NCBI GenBank assembly: GCA_049472335.1
Contig: JBLIRO010000091.1
Location: forward strand, 1 to 17,851
DNA: 17,851 nucleotides
Direction of reading: 5' to 3'
Origin: a bacterium
Lineage (GTDB): Bacteria > SZUA-182 > DTGQ01 > JAFGSM01
In this document: positions 1 through 11,470 of the stretch, in pieces
Layout of the letters: every line of letters begins with the position of its first letter
How positions within the stretch are numbered: the first letter of the stretch is position 1
Notes under the pieces: model-generated
Seen by the model: only the letters and a program-made list of their open reading frames with translations
Database searches by the model: none
Told to the model about the DNA's origin: nothing
Made by a program: the position numbers and the translations under genes

Positions 1-301
1 TTCCGGAGAGATTAGATTAGTTAATTTAGCTTGCCGCGCGACAATTGGTCAGCTTAGTAATGTAGATCATTCAGCTATTATGCTAGGTAAGGCTGGTCGC
101 AGTAATTGGCTGGGCCATAAACCTCATGTACGCGGTTCTGCTATGAATCCAATAGATCATCCGCACGGTGGCGGTGAAGGAAAAGCTGGACAGGGCAATC
201 CTCATCCTGCTACTCCATGGGGTAAACCCACAAAAGGTTATAAAACAAGGAAAAAGAAGGCATCTGATAGATATATTGTAAAGCGTAGAGGTAAGAAATA
301 A
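1..301 (+). CDS. rplB: 50S ribosomal protein L2, C-terminal part (5' truncated by window)
   Basis: Frame is open from position 2 ([20 protein letters not shown]...) into [29 protein letters not shown], the L2 C-terminal signature; lies upstream of rpsS. Confidence 0.98.
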   Translation, partial: SGEIRLVNLACRATIGQLSNVDHSAIMLGKAGRSNWLGHKPHVRGSAMNPIDHPHGGGEGKAGQGNPHPATPWGKPTKGYKTRKKKASDRYIVKRRGKK

Positions 302-321
302 TTGGAAAGGGGAGGTAAGAC

Positions 322-606
322 TTGGCACGCTCACTGAAAAAAGGTCCGTTCATTGATGAACACCTTTTGAAGAAAATAGAGCTTATGAATCAGAATATGG
401 ATCGTAAGGTAATAAAGACCTGGTCCAGGAGATCAACCATTATTCCGGAAATGGTAGGTCATACCATTGCAGTTCATAATGGAAAGAAATTTATTCCTGT
501 CTATGTCACCGAAAACATGGTTGGTCATAAATTAGGTGAATTTGCACCGACAAGGACTTTCAGGGGGCACGGTTCAAAAGCGGAAAAAGCGACAAGGGTG
601 AAATAA
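322..606 (+). CDS. rpsS: 30S ribosomal protein S19
   Basis: [12 protein letters not shown]...[24 protein letters not shown]...[16 protein letters not shown] start after GGAGGT. Confidence 0.98.
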   Translation: MARSLKKGPFIDEHLLKKIELMNQNMDRKVIKTWSRRSTIIPEMVGHTIAVHNGKKFIPVYVTENMVGHKLGEFAPTRTFRGHGSKAEKATRVK

Positions 607-629
607 ACAAGGTTTAAGGGAAAAAAAGA

Positions 630-980
630 ATGCAGGCGACAGCTAAAATTAAATATCTTAGGACATCGTCAACCAAACTAAAGCCGATACTTGATCTTGT
701 CCGTGGCAAAAAGGTGGAAGAAGCGCTGACATTGCTGAAATTTACCAATAAAAAGGCTTCGAGATTAGTTCATAAGGCCATACAATCAGCATTTGCAAAT
801 GCTGAGCAGTCATCGAATGCAAAGGATAAGGATCTGGAAACCTTCTATATTGCCGAGATATATGCCAATCAGGGCCCCACTTTAAAACGCTTTATACCGA
901 AGGCCAGGGGGCGAGCAGGAAGGATACAGAAAAAAACCAGTCACATCAATGTCATCCTAAAAACAACCGAAGAGGAATAG
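630..980 (+). CDS. rplV: 50S ribosomal protein L22
   Basis: [25 protein letters not shown] motif; S10 operon position. Confidence 0.97.
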   Translation: MQATAKIKYLRTSSTKLKPILDLVRGKKVEEALTLLKFTNKKASRLVHKAIQSAFANAEQSSNAKDKDLETFYIAEIYANQGPTLKRFIPKARGRAGRIQKKTSHINVILKTTEEE

Positions 981-1005
981 GCACAGAAAGATTGGAGGTA
1001 GAGAT

Positions 1006-1668
1006 TTGGGGCAAAAGGTACATCCAGTTGGATTGCGATTAGGCATTATTAAAACTTGGGATTCAAGGTGGTTTGCTAAAAAGGAATATTCTAAATTTCT
1101 ACATGAGGATTTGAATATCAGAAAATATGTCCACAACAAGTTAAAAAATGCAGGAGTATCAAAAGTAGAGATAGAAAGGGCATCAGATAGAGTTAAAGTC
1201 AACATCTACAGCGCAAGACCCGGCATAATTATTGGTAAAAAGGGTACAGAGGTAGACAAGCTAAAAAACGATATACAAAAAATGATTAATAAACAGATAT
1301 TTATTAATATCATGGAGATAAGAAAATCAGAGATCGATGCCCAGTTGGTGGCTGAAAATATAGCTGTTCAATTAGAAAAGCGGGTGGCTTTTAGAAGAGC
1401 CATGAAAAAAAGGGTTTCAATGGCTCGAAGATTCGGCGCTGACGGAATAAAGATTGCCTGCGCGGGCCGTCTGGGCGCAGCAGAAATGGCAAGAAGGGAA
1501 TGGTATCGAGAAGGCAGGGTGCCTTTACATACATTAAGGGCTGACATAGATTATGGTTTTTCAGTTTCAAAGACAACTTACGGCACCATAGGTGTAAAGG
1601 TATGGATTTTTAAAGGTGAATTTTCTAAAGAAGAAACAAAAGAGAGTAAGGATATTACCCTGGAATAA
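1006..1668 (+). CDS. rpsC: 30S ribosomal protein S3
   Basis: [25 protein letters not shown] (KH domain), [17 protein letters not shown] start. Confidence 0.98.
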   Translation: MGQKVHPVGLRLGIIKTWDSRWFAKKEYSKFLHEDLNIRKYVHNKLKNAGVSKVEIERASDRVKVNIYSARPGIIIGKKGTEVDKLKNDIQKMINKQIFINIMEIRKSEIDAQLVAENIAVQLEKRVAFRRAMKKRVSMARRFGADGIKIACAGRLGAAEMARREWYREGRVPLHTLRADIDYGFSVSKTTYGTIGVKVWIFKGEFSKEETKESKDITLE

Positions 1669-1686
1669 GAAAAAGGAAGAAATCTT

Positions 1687-2091
1687 ATGTTAATGCCCAA
1701 AAAGGTAAAATATAGGAAACAACAACGCGGAAAGATAAAGGGAAAGGCAAGCCGTGGTTCCGAATTACATTTTGGCGATTACGGCCTAAGAGCAGTCACC
1801 GAAGGGTGGATTACTAACCGACAGATTGAAGCTGCCCGTATTGCAATAACTCGTTATATAAAAAGAGGGGGCAAGATTTGGATAAATATCTTTCCGGATA
1901 AAGCAATTGGGCATAAACCTGCGGAAACAAGGATGGGCAAAGGAAAAGCTACACCTGACACCTGGGTGGCCATTGTGAAACCAGGCAGAATTCTATACGA
2001 GATGGAAGGAATAAGCATGGAAGAAGCTAAAGAAGCCATGAGATTAGCATCCCACAAGCTTTCCGTAAAAACAAAATTTGTGTGCCGATAG
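1687..2091 (+). CDS. rplP: 50S ribosomal protein L16
   Basis: [34 protein letters not shown]. Confidence 0.98.
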   Translation: MLMPKKVKYRKQQRGKIKGKASRGSELHFGDYGLRAVTEGWITNRQIEAARIAITRYIKRGGKIWINIFPDKAIGHKPAETRMGKGKATPDTWVAIVKPGRILYEMEGISMEEAKEAMRLASHKLSVKTKFVCR

Positions 2092-2105
2092 GAGATGAGG
2101 CAAGC

Positions 2106-2312
2106 ATGAAGGCTAACGAGTTCAGGGATTTGACTGATGAGGAATTAAGCCATAAAGAAGCTGATTTGAGAGAAGATCTTTTTAAACTAAAATATCAGCA
2201 TACATCAGGTCAATTGGAAAACAAGGCACGTATTAAACTGGTTAAAAAAGATATCGCCCGTCTTCTCACCGTATACCGTGAGAGAATAAAGGGCAAGATG
2301 AACCAGTCATAA
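2106..2312 (+). CDS. rpmC: 50S ribosomal protein L29
   Basis: [14 protein letters not shown]...LFKLKYQ..SGQLEN...[11 protein letters not shown]; start moved to ATG 2106 (after GGAGATGAGG) rather than the track's 2082. Confidence 0.95.
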   Translation: MKANEFRDLTDEELSHKEADLREDLFKLKYQHTSGQLENKARIKLVKKDIARLLTVYRERIKGKMNQS

Positions 2313-2325
2313 AAAGGATTTATCG

Positions 2326-2583
2326 ATGAAAGAAAGAGGAAGTCGTAAAAAAAGGATTGGGTACGTAGTAAGTGATAAGATGGATAAAACTGTTGTTGTT
2401 GAAATAGAAAGACGATTTGTAGACCCGATTTATAAAAAGATTATCAAACAAAAAAAAAGATACAAAGCTCATGATGAACAAAATGAATGTAGTATCGGAG
2501 ACAAGGTTATATTGATGGAAACCCGGCCTTTAAGTCGTGATAAAAGGTGGCGTGTAGTATCCATTATAAATCAGGCAACTTGA
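2326..2583 (+). CDS. rpsQ: 30S ribosomal protein S17
   Basis: [13 protein letters not shown]...YKAHDE.N...[16 protein letters not shown]. Confidence 0.98.
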   Translation: MKERGSRKKRIGYVVSDKMDKTVVVEIERRFVDPIYKKIIKQKKRYKAHDEQNECSIGDKVILMETRPLSRDKRWRVVSIINQAT

Positions 2584-2663
2584 TATCTATAAATTCATTT
2601 GTTAAATCTCATAAGAAAGTCTCTTATGAATGTTGCTATTGAGGCGATGGGAGAAAAGACAAA

Positions 2664-3032
2664 ATGATTCAAGTACAGACTACCCTTGATGTTGCTGACA
2701 ATACCGGTGCAAAAAAATTATTATGCATAAAAGTCCTGGGCGGTACAAGACGGAGATATGCCAGGATTGGAGATACAATTGTAGTAAGCGTCAAAGAATC
2801 AACTCCAACAGCAGTCGTAAAAAAGGGTACAGTAAATAGAGCAGTTGTTGTCAGGACAAAAAAGGAATTTAGACGTAATGATGGTTCTTATATCAGATTT
2901 GATACAAATGCCGCGGTTCTGATCAACACACAGGGAGAACCAATAGGAACTCGAATTTTTGGACCCGTTGCCCGGGAATTAAGAGCGAAACAGTTTACAA
3001 AGATAATCTCTTTAGCGCCTGAAGTCATATAA
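2664..3032 (+). CDS. rplN: 50S ribosomal protein L14
   Basis: [40 protein letters not shown]. Confidence 0.98.
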   Translation: MIQVQTTLDVADNTGAKKLLCIKVLGGTRRRYARIGDTIVVSVKESTPTAVVKKGTVNRAVVVRTKKEFRRNDGSYIRFDTNAAVLINTQGEPIGTRIFGPVARELRAKQFTKIISLAPEVI

Positions 3033-3053
3033 CTTTTTGAGGTAATTACCATA

Positions 3054-3404
3054 ATGTTTAAAAGTAAACCACAACATAGAATTAGTAAGACAAAAAAAAT
3101 TCTTAAAGACGATACAGTTTTTGTTATTTCAGGTAAAGACAAAGGGAAAACAGGCAAGGTCCTTAAAGTTCTACCTAAAAAAGGCAGGGTATTGGTTGAA
3201 AATATTAATCATATTTATAAGCATATGCGCCCCACTCAACAGTATCAGCAAGGTGGGGTAATTAAGAGAGAAGGGCCCATTGAAATAACAAATCTTCAGG
3301 TGGTATGCAATAAGTGCACAAAACCGACCCGTATTGGATTTACTGTACTTGAGGACGGACGAAAGGTCCGTCTCTGCAAAAAATGTGGCGAAGTAATGAG
3401 CTAA
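3054..3404 (+). CDS. rplX: 50S ribosomal protein L24
   Basis: KOW motif DTVFVISGKDKGKTGKV; C-terminal CNKC...CKKC; follows rplN. Confidence 0.97.
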   Translation: MFKSKPQHRISKTKKILKDDTVFVISGKDKGKTGKVLKVLPKKGRVLVENINHIYKHMRPTQQYQQGGVIKREGPIEITNLQVVCNKCTKPTRIGFTVLEDGRKVRLCKKCGEVMS

Positions 3405-3434
3405 TTTAAATATGCTTAGATAGGAAATTTTTGC

Positions 3435-3974
3435 ATGGGAACTTTTAAAGATAAATATTTTAAAGAGATAATACCTCAATTAAAAGAGGAATTCGGCTAT
3501 AAAAATGACCTGCAAGTCCCAAAAATAACCAAAGTAATAATAAATATGGGTGTTGGAGAAGCCGTTCAAAATGTAAAGACATTGGATTTTTCTGTAGCTG
3601 ATATGACTGCCATCAGTGGTCAAAAACCGGTTATAACAAGGGCAAAAAAATCTATTGCCGGTTTTAAGCTTAGAAAAGGAATGCCAATAGGTTGCAAGGT
3701 TACTTTAAGAAGGGATAGAATGTACGATTTTTTAGAAAAAGTTATGAATATTGCGTTACCGAGGATTCGAGACTTTAAAGGTGTTTCAGCAACGGCATTT
3801 GATGGAAGAGGCAATTATAACTTAGGATTAAAAGAACAGGTTATTTTTCCTGAGATAAATTATGATAAAATAGATAAAACACGCGGAATGGATATATGTA
3901 TTGTCACAACCGCGAATTCAGATGAAGAAGCACGATCGCTTTTACAGCGCTTTGGGATGCCATTCAGGAAATAA
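3435..3974 (+). CDS. rplE: 50S ribosomal protein L5
   Basis: [52 protein letters not shown]. Confidence 0.98.
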   Translation: MGTFKDKYFKEIIPQLKEEFGYKNDLQVPKITKVIINMGVGEAVQNVKTLDFSVADMTAISGQKPVITRAKKSIAGFKLRKGMPIGCKVTLRRDRMYDFLEKVMNIALPRIRDFKGVSATAFDGRGNYNLGLKEQVIFPEINYDKIDKTRGMDICIVTTANSDEEARSLLQRFGMPFRK

Positions 3975-4055
3975 AAATTTGTAAGTCTGATTTACTGGAA
4001 TATTAAGTATGAGTTATTATACTTTCAACTTTTGTAAAAGGAGAGATTAAAAAAA

Positions 4056-4241
4056 GTGGCAAAAAAATCCTTAATCGCCAAGGCAGAAAGAAAACCGAAG
4101 TTTAAGGTAAGAAAATATAACCGGTGTAAATTGTGCGGCAGACCCAGGGGGTATTTAAGAAAATTTCAAATGTGCCGAATCTGTTTCAGGGCGCTCGCAC
4201 TAAAAGGTGAACTGCCGGGTGTAATAAAGGCTAGTTGGTAG
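4056..4241 (+). CDS. rpsZ: 30S ribosomal protein S14, short zinc-binding (type Z) form
   Basis: 61 aa; [10 protein letters not shown]...MCRICFR with four Cys; GTG start. Confidence 0.97.
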   Translation: MAKKSLIAKAERKPKFKVRKYNRCKLCGRPRGYLRKFQMCRICFRALALKGELPGVIKASW

Positions 4242-4251
4242 GAGGAGGATA

Positions 4252-4650
4252 ATGTCTGTTGTAGATCCAATTTCCGATTTATTAAATCGAATCAGAAATG
4301 CCGTAATGGTTAATCATCAAAGTACTACTGTTCCCTTCTCCACTATTAAACTGGAGATAATAAAGACAATTAAAACGGGTGGATATATCAAAGGTTATAA
4401 AGTTACTGATAAAGACGGCAAAAAGGACATACGTATTTACCTTAAGTATGATTCTCAAAACAAGCCAATTATAAATGGTTTAAAACGGGTAAGCAGTCCC
4501 GGACGAAGGGTTTATGTTAAAAAGGATAAGATTCCCAAAGTCTTAGGGGGGTTAGGAATAGCCATTCTCTCCACTTCAAATGGTGTTATGACGGATAGTG
4601 CATGCAAACAAGCAAATACAGGCGGAGAACTACTATGCTATGTCTGGTAA
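4252..4650 (+). CDS. rpsH: 30S ribosomal protein S8
   Basis: DPISDLLNRIRNA, RVSSPGRRVY, GLGIAILSTS.GVMT, GGELLCYVW. Confidence 0.98.
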   Translation: MSVVDPISDLLNRIRNAVMVNHQSTTVPFSTIKLEIIKTIKTGGYIKGYKVTDKDGKKDIRIYLKYDSQNKPIINGLKRVSSPGRRVYVKKDKIPKVLGGLGIAILSTSNGVMTDSACKQANTGGELLCYVW

Positions 4651-4680
4651 ATTTTAACTCTATAAGGATTTTGATAGATT

Positions 4681-5217
4681 ATGTCTAGAGTAGGTAAAAA
4701 ACCCATAACGATTAATGATGGAGTAAAGGTTAATATAGAGGGTCAATTTGTAAGTGTAAAGGGCCCAAAAGGGGAACTGAGCCAAACAATCCCATCAGAG
4801 ATCGATATCGAGCGGAAGGACAAAGTGCTGATCCTCACACCCAAAGGTAATCAGAAAAGATCCCATTCTTTACATGGACTTAGCCGGACATTGATTGCCA
4901 ATATGATTCACGGTGTGACTGAAGGTTTCAGGAAGGAGCTAAAAATCGTTGGTATTGGGTATCGTGCAAACATTTCAGGAAAGGTGCTGAATCTTCTGTT
5001 AGGTTATTCACACCCCATTAAATATAATATCCCTGAGCATATATCTATTGAAGTGACCAAAGAAAACCGGATCATAGTACAGGGGATAGATAAACAGAAG
5101 GTTGGTCAGGTCGCCGCTGAGATCAGGGATTTTAGACGTCCTGAACCTTATAAAGGGAAGGGCATTATGTATGTGGATGAGCGTATACGAACAAAGGTTG
5201 GAAAAGCCGGGGCTTAA
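4681..5217 (+). CDS. rplF: 50S ribosomal protein L6
   Basis: MSRVGKKPI, VKGPKGEL, RRPEPYKGKGI.Y. Confidence 0.98.
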   Translation: MSRVGKKPITINDGVKVNIEGQFVSVKGPKGELSQTIPSEIDIERKDKVLILTPKGNQKRSHSLHGLSRTLIANMIHGVTEGFRKELKIVGIGYRANISGKVLNLLLGYSHPIKYNIPEHISIEVTKENRIIVQGIDKQKVGQVAAEIRDFRRPEPYKGKGIMYVDERIRTKVGKAGA

Positions 5218-5235
5218 TTCAAGGAGGTCACGTTT

Positions 5236-5595
5236 TTGAAAAATAGAATACTAAGCAGAAAGGAACGTCATAAGAGGGTACGGAAAAAAGTCAAAGGAAC
5301 CGATGAAATACCGAGACTGGCTGTATTTAAAAGTTCATCACATATCTATGCTCAATTAATAGATGACCAAAAAGCCTTTACTATTACCAGTGCTTCGACC
5401 CTTGATACGACCTTTAAACAAAAAATGTCCTCTACGGGTAACATATCTGCTGCAAAATTGGTAGGTCAAATTTTGGCAGAAAGGGCTCGAGTAAAGGGTA
5501 TAGAAAAAATTGTCTTTGACCGGGGCGGATTTATTTATCATGGTCGGATAAAAGCATTGGCGCAATCGTGTCGTGAGGCAGGACTAAAGTTTTAA
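5236..5595 (+). CDS. rplR: 50S ribosomal protein L18
   Basis: [37 protein letters not shown] start after GGAGGT. Confidence 0.97.
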   Translation: MKNRILSRKERHKRVRKKVKGTDEIPRLAVFKSSSHIYAQLIDDQKAFTITSASTLDTTFKQKMSSTGNISAAKLVGQILAERARVKGIEKIVFDRGGFIYHGRIKALAQSCREAGLKF

Positions 5596-5622
5596 ATCAA
5601 AGCATATAAAGGAGGCGAATCT

Positions 5623-6120
5623 TTGGCTAGAATAAATCACGAGGAACTGGAACTTATCGATAAAGTGATATATATAAATCGAGTTGCAAAAGTTGTTAAA
5701 GGAGGCCGTAGATTTGGTTTCAGTGCTTTAGTTGTAGTAGGGGATACACACGGGCATGTGGGGATTGGCATGGGCAAAGCCAACGAGGTACCGGAAGCGA
5801 TCAGCAAGGCAATAGAAAAGGCAAAAAAGAGTCTGGTAAAGATTCCCCTTCAAGACAATACTATCCCTTATCAGGTCATAGGTCACTTTGGTGCAAGCAA
5901 GGTGCTTTTAAAACCAGCTTCAAAGGGAACCGGGGTTATTGCCGGAGGTCCCGTGCGAGCTATTGTTGATGCTGCAGGGATAAAGGATATACTAACAAAA
6001 TCCATAGGCTCCAACAATCCACACAATGTTATAAAAGCCACTATGAATGGACTATTACAAATGAAAAGTCCTGAAGATATTGCAAGAAATCGCGGTCTTG
6101 CCGCCAACTCCAATGAGTGA
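5623..6120 (+). CDS. rpsE: 30S ribosomal protein S5
   Basis: [39 protein letters not shown] start. Confidence 0.98.
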   Translation: MARINHEELELIDKVIYINRVAKVVKGGRRFGFSALVVVGDTHGHVGIGMGKANEVPEAISKAIEKAKKSLVKIPLQDNTIPYQVIGHFGASKVLLKPASKGTGVIAGGPVRAIVDAAGIKDILTKSIGSNNPHNVIKATMNGLLQMKSPEDIARNRGLAANSNE

Positions 6121-6131
6121 AAGGAATTAAG

Positions 6132-6320
6132 ATGGCTAAAAGTCTTAAAATAACCCTTATAAAAAGCCCTCATGGCAGGTTACCAAAACAGTGGCAGATA
6201 CTCGATGCTTTAGGACTGAGAAAAACAATGCGGACTGTTTATAAACCGGATAATCCCCAGACATGGGGTATGGTTAAAAAAATACCTCATCTGATCAAAG
6301 TCGAGGAAGAAAAGGAATAG
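6132..6320 (+). CDS. rpmD: 50S ribosomal protein L30
   Basis: [11 protein letters not shown]...LDALGLRK...[19 protein letters not shown] 6132 after AAGGA preferred to the track's 6117. Confidence 0.95.
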   Translation: MAKSLKITLIKSPHGRLPKQWQILDALGLRKTMRTVYKPDNPQTWGMVKKIPHLIKVEEEKE

Positions 6321-6321
6321 A

Positions 6322-6768
6322 ATGCTTAACAATCTACGTGCAAATGAAGGATCCAGAAAGAGAAGAAAAAGGATTGGAAGGGGCTCCGGATCAGGACATG
6401 GAGGAACTTCATGCAGAGGCCATAAGGGTCAAAATGCCCGTTCCGGCGGCGGGAAAGGTCCTGGTTATGAAGGAGGCCAGATGCCTTTACAAAGAAGGCT
6501 GCCTAAAAGAGGATTCAGAAATATCTTTAAAACTGAATATACCATTGTTCACCTCAAGGATCTAAACAAACTCGAAGCAAATCAGGAGGTGACCCCGGAA
6601 GTCCTTAAACAAAAAGGTATCATAAAAAAAAGTACTTCATTGATCAAGGTCCTGTCCGACGGAAATATAGAAAATCCTCTTATATTAAAGGCACATAAAT
6701 TTTCACAGGAGGCGAAAAAAAAGATAGAAGCAAGCGGAGGAAAGGCAGAGGTGATAAGCCTTGATTGA
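6322..6768 (+). CDS. rplO: 50S ribosomal protein L15
   Basis: [42 protein letters not shown]. Confidence 0.98.
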   Translation: MLNNLRANEGSRKRRKRIGRGSGSGHGGTSCRGHKGQNARSGGGKGPGYEGGQMPLQRRLPKRGFRNIFKTEYTIVHLKDLNKLEANQEVTPEVLKQKGIIKKSTSLIKVLSDGNIENPLILKAHKFSQEAKKKIEASGGKAEVISLD

Positions 6769-8071
6769 TACCTTTAAAAATATAATCAAGATTCCAGAGC
6801 TTAAAAAAAGGATTCTTGTAACCTTTGCGCTTCTCGCTGTCTTTAGGATAGGTGCGCATATCCCTACACCGGGAGTAAATGGTGCCGCTCTAGCGGCATT
6901 TTTCGCGCAAGCAAAGGGGACTCTCCTTGGTTTCTTTGATCTGTTTTCGGGAGGTGCGTTATCAAGGCTTACGGTATTTGCTCTGGGCATCATGCCTTAT
7001 ATTGATGCTGCTATTATCCTGGAACTATTAACCGTTGTTATCCCTCACCTCGAGAAACTATCCAAAGAAGGAGAAGAAGGAAGGAAAAAGATCACCCAGT
7101 ACACCAGATACGGAACAATTCTCATCGCCGTTATCCAATCTTTAGGAATAAGTTTCGGGTTAGAGACAATGAAAAGCCCAACAGGTGTTGCGATTGTACC
7201 TAATCCAGGTTGGGCATTCCGGCTTATGACAGTTATTACTCTAACTGCCGGCACAGTATTTCTCATGTGGCTTGGAGAACAGATTTCCGAGCGGGGTATA
7301 GGAAATGGTATATCTCTTCTTATCTTCGCAGGCATCATCGTCCGAGGGCCAGGTGCGGTTATCAACACGATACGCCTGTTAAAGACCGGAGAGCTCCAGA
7401 TCTTCCTATTGGCCTTACTCCTCGTATTTATGGCAGCGGTTTGCGCCTTCATCGTTTTTGTGGAGTCAGGAGAAAGAAAGATACCCGTTCAGTATGCTAA
7501 AAGGGTGGTCGGCAGACGAATATATGGGGGGCAGAGTACTTACATACCTCTCCGGGTTAATACCGCGGGGGTAATTCCTATCATATTCGCTGCTTCTATT
7601 ATTATGTTCCCGGCTACAATCGCCAGGTTCATCAATCATCCATTGATGGCAAAAATAGCTGAATTGCTTTCTCCGGGGGCCATTTTGAATACACTTTTGT
7701 ATATAATTATGATCGTATTCTTTTGTTTCTTTTACACGGCCATTATCTTTAATCCGGTGGACTTAGCTGATAATATGAAAAAATATGGTGGATTTATTCC
7801 TGGAATCAGGCCTGGGAAAAACACTGCGGAATATATAGACAGGATTTTGACCAGGATTACTTTTGGAGGTGCTATTTACCTCTCTCTTATTTCAATTTTG
7901 CCGACATATTTGATAAAAATATTCAATGTGCCATTCTATTTTGGAGGTATTACGCTGTTGATTGTAATTGAGGTCGGCCTAGACACTGTGCGTCAGATTG
8001 AATCCCATCTCCTAATGAGAAATTATGAAGGATTCATGAAAAAAAGAAGTAAGAAAAGAACAAAGATGTAA
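6761..8071 (+). CDS. secY: Preprotein translocase subunit SecY
   Basis: Polytopic membrane protein with [49 protein letters not shown] start overlapping the end of rplO. Confidence 0.98.
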   Translation: MIDTFKNIIKIPELKKRILVTFALLAVFRIGAHIPTPGVNGAALAAFFAQAKGTLLGFFDLFSGGALSRLTVFALGIMPYIDAAIILELLTVVIPHLEKLSKEGEEGRKKITQYTRYGTILIAVIQSLGISFGLETMKSPTGVAIVPNPGWAFRLMTVITLTAGTVFLMWLGEQISERGIGNGISLLIFAGIIVRGPGAVINTIRLLKTGELQIFLLALLLVFMAAVCAFIVFVESGERKIPVQYAKRVVGRRIYGGQSTYIPLRVNTAGVIPIIFAASIIMFPATIARFINHPLMAKIAELLSPGAILNTLLYIIMIVFFCFFYTAIIFNPVDLADNMKKYGGFIPGIRPGKNTAEYIDRILTRITFGGAIYLSLISILPTYLIKIFNVPFYFGGITLLIVIEVGLDTVRQIESHLLMRNYEGFMKKRSKKRTKM

Positions 8072-8096
8072 CCAAAAAAGGGAAAAAAGAGCGATA

Positions 8097-8783
8097 ATGA
8101 AAAGGCTTATTTTTTTAGGTGCGCCGGGAGCAGGGAAAGGGACACAAGCCCAACGGTTGGGCGAAACTTATACTATCCCTCAGATTTCAACGGGTGACAT
8201 CCTCAGACAAGCTGTTAAGGATAAAACCCCTCTGGGGCAAAAGGCCTATTCATATATGGAAAAAGGCAGATTGGTGCCGGATGATGTTGTTATTGCAATC
8301 ATAGAAGAAAGGCTAAAGGAACCAGACTGTCAGAGAGGATTTATTCTGGATGGATTTCCAAGGACAGTTCCACAGGCTGAAGCATTAGATCAGGTTTTAA
8401 GCCAGGTAGAAATGGCTATTGACAATGTCATATATTTCAAAGTCCCTGAAGAGGATCTTGTCAAAAGACTTTCCGGCAGAAGGGTGTGTCGTTCATGCGG
8501 GGCAAATTACAATATATATTTTAATCCCCCCGCTAAAGATAGTGTCTGTCAAAAATGCGGCGGCGAATTATATCAAAGAGTCGATGACCAAGAGGAAACC
8601 ATAAGAAATCGCTTAAGAATTTACCAGGAACAGACAGAACCTTTGATTGGATTTTATAAGAATAAAAACAGCTTGATTAGTATTGATGGTTCAGGCCCAA
8701 TGGATCTTATATTTGACAGTTTGCTCCGAGCACTCAAGGGAAAAGGGAAGGATGATCATACTAAAGTCGCCGCAGGAGATTGA
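8097..8783 (+). CDS. adk: Adenylate kinase (long LID with zinc-binding Cys)
   Basis: GAPGAGKGTQA P-loop, ISTGDILR, LDGFPRT, LID CRSC...CQKC. Confidence 0.98.
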   Translation: MKRLIFLGAPGAGKGTQAQRLGETYTIPQISTGDILRQAVKDKTPLGQKAYSYMEKGRLVPDDVVIAIIEERLKEPDCQRGFILDGFPRTVPQAEALDQVLSQVEMAIDNVIYFKVPEEDLVKRLSGRRVCRSCGANYNIYFNPPAKDSVCQKCGGELYQRVDDQEETIRNRLRIYQEQTEPLIGFYKNKNSLISIDGSGPMDLIFDSLLRALKGKGKDDHTKVAAGD

Positions 8784-9528
8784 AAAGATCAGAATCAGCG
8801 GAAGATTGGTCGGTGAGGCGTTAAGCTATATATCAAAAATGGTAAAACCGGGTATAACTACAATGGAATTAAATAAGGAGGCTGAACATTATCTTCTCTC
8901 CAGAGGTGCAAAGCTGGCATTCAAAGGATACAAAAGAGGACACAATGAGCCGCCTTTTCCTGCCGGCCTTTGTACGTCAATCAATGAAGAGATTGTTCAT
9001 GGCATCCCTTCTTTGAAGAGAAAGCTTCATGAAGGAGACATCATCAGTCTGGATCTTGGGGCTGCCATTGACGGATATTATGGAGATGCCGCTATAACCG
9101 TCCCGGTTGGAGATATCTCTGAAAATGCAAAAAAATTGATAGACGTGACACGAGAATCTTTGGAACTGGCTATTGAAAAGGCTGTGGCAGGAAACAGGCT
9201 TCAGGATATATCCTATGCGATACAGTCATATGTTGAAAAAAACGGATTCTCTGTGGTGAAAGATTTTGTCGGACATGGCATAGGGAGGTCACCCCATGAG
9301 GAGCCCCAGGTTCCCAATTTTGGAAAACCGGGGAGAGGAAAAAGATTGAAGCCGGGGATGGTTCTTGCTATTGAGCCTATGGTTAATATGGGGACTCATG
9401 AGGTCATGGTCCTTGAAGACCATTGGACTGCAGTAACTTCGGACAGAAGTCTTTCGGCTCATTTTGAACATACAGTGGCCATAACCCTGAATGGACCGGA
9501 AATCTTGACCAAGATAAACAATAATTAA
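8752..9528 (+). CDS. map: Methionine aminopeptidase type I
   Basis: [12 protein letters not shown] start at ATG 8752; [21 protein letters not shown]...GDAA, GHGIG, AIEPM, SAHFEHT metal ligands; overlaps the adk 3' end by 32 nt. Confidence 0.97.
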   Translation: MIILKSPQEIEKIRISGRLVGEALSYISKMVKPGITTMELNKEAEHYLLSRGAKLAFKGYKRGHNEPPFPAGLCTSINEEIVHGIPSLKRKLHEGDIISLDLGAAIDGYYGDAAITVPVGDISENAKKLIDVTRESLELAIEKAVAGNRLQDISYAIQSYVEKNGFSVVKDFVGHGIGRSPHEEPQVPNFGKPGRGKRLKPGMVLAIEPMVNMGTHEVMVLEDHWTAVTSDRSLSAHFEHTVAITLNGPEILTKINNN

Positions 9529-9539
9529 AAGGATTATTG

Positions 9540-9758
9540 ATGCCCAAAGAAGATGCCATAGAGGTAGAAGGCACGGTCATTGAACCGTTGCCCAATGCCA
9601 TGTTCAGAGTCGAGCTAGATAACGGGCATAAGGTACTTGCGCATATTTCAGGCAAAATGCGTAAAAATTTTATTCGCATCCTCCGTGGCGACCGTGTTCT
9701 GGTGGAATTGTCCACTTATGATTTGACAAAAGGGAGGATCGTCTACCGATTTAAATAG
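9540..9758 (+). CDS. infA: Translation initiation factor IF-1
   Basis: [42 protein letters not shown] 9540 follows AAAAGGA. Confidence 0.98.
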   Translation: MPKEDAIEVEGTVIEPLPNAMFRVELDNGHKVLAHISGKMRKNFIRILRGDRVLVELSTYDLTKGRIVYRFK

Positions 9759-9799
9759 GATATACGTTGAATATATCTTTGATATGCGAGGTTTTTCAA

Positions 9800-9913
9800 A
9801 TGAAGGTTAGGGCTTCAGTAAAAAGAATGTGTAAAAAATGTAAGATCATCAAACGTCGAGGTGTTGTTCGGGTTATCTGTCAGGATCCCAGACATAAACA
9901 AAGACAGGGATAG
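9800..9913 (+). CDS. rpmJ: 50S ribosomal protein L36 (zinc-binding form); absent from ORF track
   Basis: Manual translation gives [37 protein letters not shown] (37 aa), between infA and rpsM. Confidence 0.98.
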   Translation: MKVRASVKRMCKKCKIIKRRGVVRVICQDPRHKQRQG

Positions 9914-9935
9914 ATTTTAAGAAAGGGGTAATAAT

Positions 9936-10316
9936 TTGGCACGTATTGCCGGCGTGGATTTGCCTAAAAACAAAAGGATAGAAATCGGGTTAACTTATAT
10001 TTATGGCCTGGGCCGAATAAGAGCTGGTAAGATCCTGCAGAGGGCGGGAGTAGATAAGGATATAAAGGTTTCTAAACTGACAGAGGAAGAGATAAACCGC
10101 ATCAGGGAACAAGTGGAAGAGCTCAAGGTCGAAGGAGATCTGCGGCGTGAAATTTCCATGAATATCAAGCGATTGATGGATATTGGCTGCTATCGGGGAT
10201 TCAGACACAGACGATCCTTGCCTGTCCGAGGCCAGAGGACGCATACCAATGCCCGTACCAGGAAAGGGCCAAGAAGGGCCACGGTGGGAACCCGAAAAAA
10301 AATGTCTAAGAAATAA
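9936..10316 (+). CDS. rpsM: 30S ribosomal protein S13
   Basis: [44 protein letters not shown] start. Confidence 0.98.
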   Translation: MARIAGVDLPKNKRIEIGLTYIYGLGRIRAGKILQRAGVDKDIKVSKLTEEEINRIREQVEELKVEGDLRREISMNIKRLMDIGCYRGFRHRRSLPVRGQRTHTNARTRKGPRRATVGTRKKMSKK

Positions 10317-10399
10317 AAAGTGATCTTTTTATATAAAGAATAATGATGGATTTTTAAATATAGAATCTTTCGAGATATTTTTGCTTAAGGAGGTTTAAG

Positions 10400-10792
10400 A
10401 TGCCCAACCCACGACGAAAAGGGGGCAAAAAAAAGGAGAAAAAAAATATTCCTGTGGGAGTAGCTCACATTCAGTCTACATTTAATAACACCATAGTAAC
10501 CATTAGCTCCCTGGAAGGCGAAGTCATCTGCTGGTCCAGTTCCGGAAGCTCCGGATTTAAAGGTTCCAGGAAAAGCACGCCTTTTGCCGCGCAAATGGCG
10601 GCCGAAGCTGCCGGGAAAAAGGCGGTAGAGTTTGGTGTACGTCAGGTGGAAGTTGCCGTCAAAGGACCGGGAGCAGGGCGTGAAGCTGCCATCAGAGCCT
10701 TACAAGCGGTTGGGCTTGAAATCACAGCAATCAAGGACGCAACTCCAATCCCTCATAATGGGTGTAGACCGCCAAAGCGACGAAGGGTTTAA
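10400..10792 (+). CDS. rpsK: 30S ribosomal protein S11
   Basis: [44 protein letters not shown]. Confidence 0.98.
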   Translation: MPNPRRKGGKKKEKKNIPVGVAHIQSTFNNTIVTISSLEGEVICWSSSGSSGFKGSRKSTPFAAQMAAEAAGKKAVEFGVRQVEVAVKGPGAGREAAIRALQAVGLEITAIKDATPIPHNGCRPPKRRRV

Positions 10793-10806
10793 GCAAAGGA
10801 GGATAA

Positions 10807-11433
10807 ATGGCGAGATATAGAGAATCATCATGCCGACTTTGCCGCAGAGAGGGCGAAAAGCTTTTTCTTAAGGGAGATCGGTGTTTTAAAGATAAATGTT
10901 CCCTTGAAAGGAGAAACTTTCCACCCGGACAACACGGCCAAAGACGTCAGAAATTTTCTGATTACGGTATGCAGTTACGGGAGAAGCAAAAAGTAAAAAG
11001 GATGTACGGGCTTCTGGAAAAACAATTCCGTAACTACTTTAAAAAGGTAGAACGACAAAAAGGCATCACCGGTGAAAATTTGCTTATAAAATTGGAGATG
11101 CGACTGGATAATCTGGTTTATCGCCTGGGATTCGCCTGTTCAAGAAACCAGGCCAGACTTCTTGTTACACAAGGTCATTTTCTTGTAAAAGGGAGGAAGG
11201 TCAATATCCCCTCATTCATAGCTAAGCCATCGGATGTTATAGAGGTGAAGGAAAAAAGCCGGAAGTTGACAATTATACAAGAATCGATGGAAGCCGCCAT
11301 TCAACGGGGTATTCCAAATTGGTTAGAATTGGATGCAGAAAACTTCCGCGGTATTGTAAAGGCATTACCGAGCAGGGAGGAAATCACGCATCCCATTCAA
11401 GAACAAATGATTGTAGAGTTATATTCTAAATAA
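10807..11433 (+). CDS. rpsD: 30S ribosomal protein S4
   Basis: [54 protein letters not shown]. Confidence 0.98.
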   Translation: MARYRESSCRLCRREGEKLFLKGDRCFKDKCSLERRNFPPGQHGQRRQKFSDYGMQLREKQKVKRMYGLLEKQFRNYFKKVERQKGITGENLLIKLEMRLDNLVYRLGFACSRNQARLLVTQGHFLVKGRKVNIPSFIAKPSDVIEVKEKSRKLTIIQESMEAAIQRGIPNWLELDAENFRGIVKALPSREEITHPIQEQMIVELYSK

Positions 11434-11470
11434 AGATCTGTTTTTTAACGCCTATGGAGGGCCCATTTTA

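Noticed and set aside
8683..8751. Apparent N-terminal extension of Map (likewise L29 from 2082 and L30 from 6117)
   Set aside because: Downstream ATGs with purine-rich RBS give canonical N-termini; the extensions are longest-ORF artefacts.
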